Assembly: GCA_032718475.1 (NCBI GenBank)
Contig: JAUCBJ010000308.1
Coordinates: forward strand, 1 to 33,911
DNA length: 33,911 nucleotides
Direction of reading: 5' to 3'
From: Nemertoderma westbladi
Taxonomy: Eukaryota > Animalia > Xenacoelomorpha
In this document: in pieces, positions 20,901 to 30,037 of the stretch
Layout: every line of letters begins with the position of its first letter
How positions within the stretch are numbered: the first letter of the stretch is position 1
The notes under the pieces: generated by a model
What the model was told of the DNA's origin: nothing
The model's database searches: none
Seen by the model: the letters and a program-made list of their open reading frames with translations, nothing else
Translations under genes and position numbers: made by a program

Positions 20901-23896
20901 CGCCATGGGTATGCCCGGAACCGAGCCTTGGAAGAACTGATGTGCCGTGTCCTTGGGGAACTTATCAAGCAGGGCGCCGTCAGTAAACTCGCAGACGATT
21001 TGTATTGTGGCGGTAACACGATAGATGAATTAGCTACAAATTTTAACGCGCTTCTCGCAGCCCTCGCACGCTCTTCTTTACGTTTATCCCCCAAGAAGAC
21101 CGTCATTTGCCCGCATTCCACTACCATTCTTGGCTGGCAATGGACTGCTGGCTCCCAGACCGCGTCGTCTCATGTCGTTTCAGCCCTCCCAACCTGCGAT
21201 AAACCTGACACTGTCCGGTCCCTCCGTTCCTTCCTGGGATCGTATAAAGTCCTCGCGCGCGTCCTCCCCCATTGCGCAGCACTTCTCTCCGACCTCGACG
21301 AACTCGCAGTCGGCGCTTCCGCCGATATCATTCAGTGGACGGATCCTTCGACTTGTGCATTCCGGCGCGCTCAGGCCGCCCTGAAAACATGCCGTACTGT
21401 GGTTCTCCCACGGCCCTCCGACGAGCTGTTCATCGTCACCGACACAGCCTCCAGCGTCGATGGACTCGGCGCTGTCTTATATATCCGCCGCGAGTCGAAA
21501 CTCCTCGTCGCCGGGTTCTACTCCGCGAAGTTGCGTACGTGGCTCCCTTGCGAATTAGAAGCACTCGCCATCGCCGCAGCTGTTCATCACTTCGCTCCCT
21601 ATATCACTCACGCTACTACCCGCACGTCCGTTGTCACCGATAGTAAACCCTGCGTCCAGGCGTTCGCTAAACTTACTCGTGGGGCTTACTCCAACAGCCC
21701 GAGACTCACTACCTTCCTCGCCACGGTGAGCCAGTTCTCCCTCCTCGTGGTCCATATCCAGGGTTCGCGCAACCTACCAGCCGACTTCCAAAGTCGCAGT
21801 ATTCCCGAGTGTGTTAATCCACAGTGCCAGGTCTGTGACTTCGTTAATCAGCTTGCCGACGAACCCATCATCCGTACGGCGGGCCTCACCAAAGACCCCC
21901 CCCCCCCTCCAGCGCATCCCTTGTACGCCACCCGTAGTACCTGGCTCGTCACCCAGCAGGAATGCGCATCTATCCGTCGCACCAAGGCACACCTCGCACA
22001 GGGCACGCGTCCCTCCAAGAAGGAGACGACCATCCTCGACGTTAAGCGTCCGTCACCATGGACGGACTCCTCGTTGTTCCTTGACACACCGCGTTCTCGA
22101 CTCCACGGGAAATGATCGTTGTCCCTCGCCATGCGCTCTCTGGTCTCCTTACGTCACTGCACCTCGAGTTGCAGCACCCGTTGCGTACCCAGCTGCGCGT
22201 TACGTTTCTGCGGTACTTCTACGCCCTCGACATGGAAGAAGCCATCACATCCATCCACTCACAGTGCGCCCAATGCGCCGCGCTGCGTTCCGCCCCACGG
22301 CGATCCATCGAGCAGTCGTCCGGTGACCCTCCGGCCGCCATCGGAATCGCATTCGCTGCCGATGTCATCCGTCGCCATAGACAGTTCATCCTCATCCTCC
22401 GAGAAACCGCCTCGTCATACTCCGCTGCCATGTTCCTCTCTGATGAACAACACACAACGTTGCGGGATGGCCTCCTCACGTTGTGCGTCGGTATGTGCCC
22501 CCTTAGCGGCCCCCACGCAGTCATCCGTACCGATCCCGCACACGGATTCCGTGCGTTAGTCGGCAACAAAGTTTTATCTGCCCACCATATCCTTATTGAG
22601 TTAGGATGCGCCAAAAATAAAGACAAAAATCCGGTCGCGGAACACGCCGTCCGCGAATTAGAAGATGAACTCCTTAAACTCCATCCCTCCGGGGGACCCT
22701 ACTCCATTGTGTCTCTCGCCCTCGCCGTCGCCCGGTTAAATGCACATATCCGGTCGAGCGGCGTATCCGCCCGAGAAATTCTGCTCCAACGCGATCAGTT
22801 TACTGGCACTCAACTCCCCCTCATCGATTCTGAGCTTATCGACCAGCAACATCGCCGTCGTTTGGCCAATCATCCCCATAGTGCACAGTCCAAAAATCCA
22901 CATCCCAGTCGCTCCGCTAGAGATACTCCGTTAGAAGTAGGAGATATCGTATACCTCCACGCCGATTCGCCGCAACTACAGGGCCGACCCCGGTACATTG
23001 TAGCGACAACGGACCAATCCTGGGTAAGTGTCCGGAAGTTCGTCGGTCGCTAACTGCGTTCGCAGGCCTATCGGGTTCTGCGGTCCGAATGTTATCGCGT
23101 ACCCTACCGCGATACCTCGGTACCTGCGGTCGACGAACCCTCGTCCAACAACGATGACGAGGGGTCTGCGGGTCTACCTTCCCCGCGACCAGCCGACACC
23201 GAACCGCCGGGTGAGCGACATTACCAGGCCCCTCCTCCGGTACCTTCTGTGCGTCCAACTACACCCCCTACGGCACCAGCGCGCTCCCCATCACCCTCTT
23301 CGTCCCTAGACGAGGTGTTCCTCGGGTTCGACGATGTGGACAACGTTCCTCCACACACCCGGCGTCCTCAGCGTCATACGCGCCCACCAGACTACTATGG
23401 GATTCCCCTACCATGATTACACCACAATACTAAAGTTTTCCTACGTGTTTATGGTATCCCGTGCGTTACAGCGGCCATTACTATTGGCTCTTAGTTTGTT
23501 TGCGTATTTGCATCCCTTTAGTATAGTCTGTTTTTTTGCCAGTCTGTTACAATCCGCTATAAACTCGTCGTAGTGTTTGAGAAACTGACTGACCTTGTCC
23601 GCACGAAACTGAAAATAATTTAGTTAGGCGTCTTCATGCGTTGTTCATTCTATATGTAGTATTATTAGTAGGAAAGCCGATCGGTGGTTAAATGTCCTTA
23701 TTTAATTGTGCATACAGTTGTAGTATAAAACGTACCGTACCTATTCGCGAGAAACTGAAAGTAATTTAGGTAAGCCTTATAATTAGTCAATGCCGGCACC
23801 CTTTTTATATTTGCAATTCATAAAAGGGCAGAACTAACTATCGAAAGGTAAAGTAGAAAGAAAGAAAAAAAGGGATCACGCCAGCCAACCATCAAG
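17999..23896 (+). mobile_element. Ty3/Gypsy LTR retrotransposon, decayed; 3' LTR truncated
   Basis: gag-PR-RT-RH-INT order; putative 5' LTR ~17999-18313; polypurine tract 23855-23875 followed by CACGCCAGCCAACCATCAAG (23877-23896), which matches 17999-18018 at 19/20. Confidence 0.88.
18583..23416 (+). pseudogene. Gypsy gag-pol polyprotein with four frameshifts and one premature stop
   Basis: Zinc-knuckle-like CPLC-x9-H-x4-C; protease LLLDSGAE; [14 protein letters not shown] and LADDL; RNase H VTDTAS/ELEALA/VTDSKP/PADFQSR; integrase H..H..CAQC, ADV, RTDPA, NPVAE. Shifts near 19180, 20640, 20925 and 22050; TAA at 23051-23053 (likely from CAA), after which the frame continues to TGA at 23414-23416. 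Confidence 0.92.
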
Positions 23897-24584
23897 TTTA
23901 AATTGCACTAATCATCAGGTAGGCTAGACCAGATCCATCGTTCAGTAATAATGTACTGGTGTAAATATAAAAAAATTACACTCCTCCCATGAAACTTTAC
24001 AATGATATCAGACTAGGAACTAACTGACTGGTCATCAAACTGAAGGTTTTTAGATTTGGTAGGCCTAATATGCTTGCATGTTTGACAAGACAATTTTGTT
24101 ATGTCACGTTTTTTAGAACCCCCCCCCCCCCCCCAATGTCACAAACTGTTACGTTATATCATGTCACGTTATGCCCTCCCTTGCTTTACGTAATTAAAGC
24201 ATGGCCCCAAATAAAATAAATCAAGTGTTTCACTGATAACTTTTGAAAAAATTCAGTAAACAGCCAATTAGGTTTGTTTCCCTGAGTTTTATAAAGTCGT
24301 TCGAACGAGTGTGCAAAAGTCGGGGAAACTAAAAAAGATTACAAAACTGGCCGCTGAGGGGCACCATATAGGCCTATATTGGTTATACATTAAGAAACTA
24401 GAGCAAACGTGTTGTTATATTATAATTAATTGTTTCATTACCTTAGTAATATATCTAGGCAATTTTTGGAACAATATCCCAATCGAAAGCCCGCGGAAGC
24501 GATTATCTGTACATAATTAATTAATCCCACTATATATATACTACAGGGTTAAGTATTATCTCTCGGATTAAGTTTATTGGTTAC

Positions 24585-24791
24585 TAAAACAAGAGTGGGG
24601 CCTCTGTGCAAGCAAAAGCTGCAAGCCATCTTAGCGAACAATTATAATTATAATATGGGTATAGTTATATCTTGGCTTCCCACACACACATACACTGACC
24701 CCCCTCCCCCCATCCATACCACGACTTTTAGAAAACGGCCATAGTATAATTATAACAGTGCGTTGATGGCTCGCAGTTTTGACTCGCCCCA
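24585..24791. mobile_element. Short element with subterminal inverted repeats (possibly HINE/DINE-like)
   Basis: GTGGGGC...AAAAGCTGCAAGCCATC versus GATGGCTCGCAGTTTTGACTCGCCCCAC; begins AAAACAAGAG; internal CA repeat. Confidence 0.4.
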
Positions 24792-24974
24792 CAATTGCTT
24801 ACGCCTATTCCATAAATTAAATGAGTTTTCCACTTCCAATCTCTTTCCAATTTTTTTCACTAAAATATATATATTTCTCCAATAAAATATGTTAATGTTT
24901 TAAATGTTAAAATTTTTTAATCAATTTATAACTGTGACCAGTTATATAGATTTTGTTTGTTGTTTTGGGTAGAA

Positions 24975-26159
24975 TACCGTGTCATACTCCTGTCCCATAT
25001 TAAGCGATAATAAATTTTTTGTGATATTCCTATTAAAAATTTCTATTTCCCAACCCTCTTTAAATCTGAGCAAATTTGTTGAAATTTTCGAAACAGTTCG
25101 AATCAGTGTCAGATCAGAACAGAGTCAACTTAAACATTGTAATTTCATTGCGCCTGTTAGTTTTCACAAAAACGACCTGTTCACATTTGGGAACACTGGC
25201 ACCACAGCAAATCCAATATATTTTATAAAAGACCAAAAATCAAAAGTAGTGTCTCAAAACATTGAAAACCACAAACAGACTCCAATTTTATAGACTTTTA
25301 TAAAATTTTATTGGTCTAGGGGGCGTCTTTAATGTCCCATTTGGGAACACTGGCTATATTTTTTTTTGATTTGAATTAGTAAACGATGGTGACGGATTTT
25401 GTTTGATTTGATTTAGTAAACAACTTAGGGAGATGCTTTGTTTGAAATTATATTTAACTATTAATCTCCAGGTCAGTCCCATTTGGGAACACTGTGCTCC
25501 ATATTTTACCAATGTTCACAAATGGGACAAAAAATTTCGTAATAAGGTTTATTCCAGCTATACATATTTCATTCGTACTACCTACATCCATTGATAGTCC
25601 AACAATATTTGGTTCAATTTTACTATAATGCTTTACAGCAGAAATACGTTCCCATACAACAGGACACAAATACATATTCGTTATGACATTTTGAACGATT
25701 TTTTAGAGAAATACATGGAGTAAAATTATTTTCTAGTTTTAGATATTCTATTTTATCACCAGTGTTGCCAAATTGGAACATAAATTTTTAAAGGGGGTAA
25801 TTGATGGTGGTTGACAAGATGGTCGTTTTTCTGAACTTTTTATTCAAATAATAATGTCATATTGTTTAAAAATCTAATTTTAATGTCGCCACTGGTTTGG
25901 AATATCAAATTTGTAATGTTTTTGACCACTATTAATTTTTTGCGTGTCCCAAAAAACGAAAAAATGGAAATTGGCATAATTTGGCATGCCAGAAAATAAA
26001 AAACAACATTCCACTCTTCCTAAAAATATTAACATTAAAAAGTAATATAAGCCTAAATTAATAAAATAAAAATAAAAAAAAAGAATAATAATTTGATAAG
26101 AAGAATTTGATTAAATAAAATAAAAAAAAGCCCCAATTGGCAATTGGGAACACTGGTAG
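24975..26159. repeat. Probable non-autonomous DNA transposon remnant with repeated TTGGGAACACTG motif
   Basis: Motif at ~25187, ~25341, ~25483 and ~26144, and an inverted variant at ~25759; termini poorly matched. Confidence 0.4.
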
Positions 26160-27075
26160 ATAAACGGTTTTAACATTTGATTTTTTATAGTAGGTCGATA
26201 AATGATTGCCATTCTTTATTGTTTATTTTGCATCGCTTTCACACTCAGATATTTTTGTCCTTGGTTTTTTAAATTAATTATGTAGTCATCATTGTCCGCT
26301 CAAAGTTCAACATTCACATACATTAGCTATTCTTAAAGTTAACATACTAAATGTCATAAAAGAACTTAAGTACTATAGTATACTAGAGTATCTATCCTTG
26401 AGGAAATTTACAACCTTATTAATTACGCCAATTAAAGTTTAATGTCATCCATCAACGTTACTAATTGATACTTGCAGTTCGTTAAGGTTGTTTGCTATTT
26501 CAGTACATTGAGGGCAATCATGAGACTGTAATAGTAGTGATGACTGTTTAATTGCAGCAAAGAGGATAGATAGGCTTCCCATGTTGAAAAACGCATTACT
26601 CAAAGCCTAGCATCATATATAGCTCATACTTTTTTTATAGATTAAAAATTTCAAAAATATTATTTTGTTCGATTTTGGTGCATAATTTATTGGCAAATTC
26701 GAATATGTAAGTAAGTTACTTCACATTATGGGGATGATCACACTATGGCATGATTTAATTTCAATGAAATTAACACCATGTTACCGAAAGAATGTGATTC
26801 CTGAAAGATAGAGACAGACTATAGATCTTGCCAAACCTCAGACTTGACATCGGAAATGAATTCAGCGACTTCGAAAACTCCCATGGTGAAAATTTAGCTA
26901 GGTCGTGTGTATATTATAAAACGCGTATATAATAAGCGCATTACAAATATTTATTACTATTATTAATATTGTTGGTAGGCATACCAACAGATAGACAGAC
27001 CGTCCGACAGACAGCGAGACTGGCAGTTAATATTACAACAAACCTCAAAACTGACATCGGAAGTTATTACCGTTT

Positions 27076-27720
27076 TGAATAACATATGAATAAGCACAAA
27101 GTAAGAATAGTTATAAAGTTATATCACTGTCACATTCATTTACCAAACACTGAAACATATAATTACAGAATTGACCTAGAGAGAATAACAACCATCCAAC
27201 CAAGACCGGTACTACTGCAGAACTGCTTACCTAGGCCTAATAGTAGTACTGACTACGGAGTATTTAGCTAATGAGGTTAGTCCTAATATATTACACAGTA
27301 TGTAATAACGGCTACATCCTCCCCCATTAAATATAGTTTCGTAATAAGTGACAAAAAATATTACATCATCCCATAAGAAATAATCAGAAATAATTAGGTG
27401 GTTTAACGAGTCTACCAGATTTTGTAATGATGCGTGATGCAGGGGCAAGATGTATCGTAGCCACTAAAACGACATAATCGTTTGTGCATCGCACCTCTGC
27501 AACTTGCGGACTTAGCACCTCGGTTACCCAGGTAGGCTGGATATTCGGCTCATCCTTCCAGCAGACATGCACTTTCATGAGCGCGGGAGAATTTCCACGG
27601 AGTAACACATTCTTCTTGAAACCCGGAGTCGACACAATACTTGATAAACAACCGCGACCTCTATACTAACAGCAGAACTGTTGAACAGACCAATACCCGT
27701 TAATATCCTTCTGCCAACCT
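27076..27720 (-). mobile_element. 3' end of a decayed LTR retrotransposon (integrase tail, PPT, LTR) that is the LINE's insertion target
   Basis: Minus ORF 27384-27635 ends TKSGRLVKPPNYF, a typical Gypsy integrase tail; PPT GGGGGAGGA abuts TGTAGCC at 27317; the LTR end near 27076 is tentative. Confidence 0.6.
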
Positions 27721-27832
27721 AATAAGTTCTCGTCATTTGTACATTATTAAAATATATTACACTCAATTACCTATTGTTTACTGCTGTACTGTATTGGGCC
27801 TACCAAACCTATATCTATAATACCCGTTAACA

Positions 27833-28744
27833 ATGTCTACTACAATGGCAAAGGAGTATTCAACACTCGAGAGAGGAATATTCACCCTGATCCGGAATAT
27901 AAAATCAAAGAAAAGTATGTCGAACGAAGAAGAAAAAACCTTACTCGAATCATTAGCCAGGATGAATTCGCTGTTTACAGCATCCCTTGGCGATCTAGCC
28001 GACGCGCGTGCAGAAACTCTTACAACAAAGAACGAGGTAATAGCTTGCAAGGACAAAGTTATTGAACTATCCCGCGATATGTCTCGATCTCTCGCAACTG
28101 AATGCCCTGACCCGCCCAGGGTGCAAAGAGACTTCCAGCCGATAGCGATAGACGACGACAATAACTGGACAGAAGTTACACACCTCCGACGTAAACACAA
28201 CTACCGGCAACCTCAGACTGAATCGCACAGAGACAACGTCTTAGTTAACCGTACAGGTGAACCACTAACTACCTCAGACCAACCTCTAGGTCTGCGACCC
28301 GATCGCACACTAAGCAGATCTCTATACGCCCAGGCAGCCGGTAAGCCTGCTTTGCGTGGAACCAAGATTGGTGGACGTCTGCGCACAACTGCGGCTGAGT
28401 CGCTGACAAACTCCCAGTCACCTAGAGAGGCTCACATTCACATCGGCCGCCTAGACAAGACGGTAACAGTCGCCGATATCGCAGAATATCTAAACGAAAT
28501 CGACATTCCTTACAAGGAAATAATTCCCCTACCACTCTTCCCAAACTCAGAATTCCTCAGTGTCCATCTAATAGGCAACCAGGAACACCGCTCAGCCCTC
28601 ATGGATCCGGATATCTGGGACAGTGGAATAACAATCCGAAATTATATACTCTCTGCTTCAGAAAGAGAGAAGTTCGGCCTGAAGCCTCGTCGTCCGAAAC
28701 TCAGAAATCAGACCCAAGATGGCTTACCAAACCAAGCGAACTGA
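27833..28744 (+). CDS. LINE ORF1 protein (coiled-coil plus RRM-like domain), 303 aa
   Basis: Heptad-like N-terminal region; IHIGRLDKTVTVADIAEYL...LMDPDIWDSGITIRNY resembles the RRM-type domain of LINE ORF1 proteins; basic C-terminus. Confidence 0.85.
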   Translation: MSTTMAKEYSTLERGIFTLIRNIKSKKSMSNEEEKTLLESLARMNSLFTASLGDLADARAETLTTKNEVIACKDKVIELSRDMSRSLATECPDPPRVQRDFQPIAIDDDNNWTEVTHLRRKHNYRQPQTESHRDNVLVNRTGEPLTTSDQPLGLRPDRTLSRSLYAQAAGKPALRGTKIGGRLRTTAAESLTNSQSPREAHIHIGRLDKTVTVADIAEYLNEIDIPYKEIIPLPLFPNSEFLSVHLIGNQEHRSALMDPDIWDSGITIRNYILSASEREKFGLKPRRPKLRNQTQDGLPNQAN

Positions 28745-28830
28745 CTAAATGTAACAACCCTGGTTTGGAGCAATGATGGGTTCACTTCAGTTCAATCTCA
28801 CCCATCGCATAACCTACCCCGCAGCGTACA

Positions 28831-30037
28831 GGTCGCCTCCTCGACGCCCAATAACGTACCGGTCGCCTCCCCACCACCCAATAACGTACCGACCGCCTCC
28901 CCAATGCCCAATACCGTACCGGCCGCCTCCCCGACGCCCAATCACGTACCGGTCGCCTCCCCGGCGCCCAATAACGTACCGGTTGCCTCCCCGGCGCCCA
29001 ATAATGTACCGGCCGCCTCCCCGGCGCCCAATAACGTACCGGTCGCCTCCCCGGCGCCCAATAACGTACCAGTCGCCTCCCCGGCGCCCAATAACGTACC
29101 GGTCGCCTCCCCGACGCGCAATAACGTACCGGTCGCCTCCCCGGCCCCCAATAACGTACCGGTCGCCTCCCCGGCGCCCAATAACGTACCGACCGCCTCC
29201 CCAATGCCCAATAACGTACCGGCCGCCTCCCCGACGCCCAATCACGTACCGGTCGCCTCCCCGGCGCCCAATAACGTACCGGTTGCCTCCCCGGCGCCCA
29301 ATAACGTACCGGTCGCCTCCCCGGCGCCCAATAACGTACCAGTCGCCTCCCCGGCGCCCAATAACGTACCGGTCGCCTCCCCGACGCGCAATAACGTACC
29401 GGTCGCCTCCCCGGCCCCCAATAACGTACCGGTCGCCTCCCCGGCGCCCAATAACGTACCGACCGCCTCCCCAATGCCCAATCACGTACCGGTCGCCTCC
29501 CCGGCGCCCAATAACGTACCGGTTGCCTCCCCGGCGCCCAATAATGTACCGGCCGCCTCCCCGGCGCCCAATAACGTACCGGTCGCCTCCCCGGCGCCCA
29601 ATAAATTACCGGTCGCCTCCCCGACTCGCAATAACGTACCGGTCGCCTCCCCGGCCCCCAATAACGTACCGGTCGCCTCCCCGGCGCCCAATAACGTACC
29701 GACCGCCTCCCCAATGCCCAATAACGTACCGGCCGCCTCCCCGACGCCCAATCACGTACCGGTCGCCTCCCCGGTGCCCAATAACGTACCGGTCGCCTCC
29801 CCGGCGCCCAATAACGAACCGGTCGCCTCCCCGGCGCCCAATAACGTACCGGTCGCCTCCCCGGTGCCCAATAACGTACCGGCCGCCTCTCCGACGCCCA
29901 ATAACGTACCGGTCGCCTCCCCGGCCCCCAATAACGTACCGACCGCCTCCCCGGCGCCCAATAACGTACCGGCCACCTCTCCGACGCCCAATAACGTACC
30001 GGCCACCTCCCCGACGCGCAATAACGTACCGGTCGCC
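28831..30037 (+). repeat. 30-bp coding-compatible tandem array, 40 full units plus 7 nt
   Basis: Consensus GGTCGCCTCCCCGGCGCCCAATAACGTACC; no indels; reads (VASPAPNNVP)n in the ORF1/ORF2 frame and (RSPPRRPITY)n in a second frame. Confidence 0.98.

Noticed and set aside
27692-27830. 12-bp direct repeat AATACCCGTTAA in the flank and in the LINE 5' UTR
   Set aside because: The LINE boundary is already fixed by the 14-bp TSD; the match is probably chance.
28904-30037. ATG 28904 as the true ORF2 start
   Set aside because: It is a variant codon within the repeat; the frame is open further upstream, and endonuclease homology begins at 30038.
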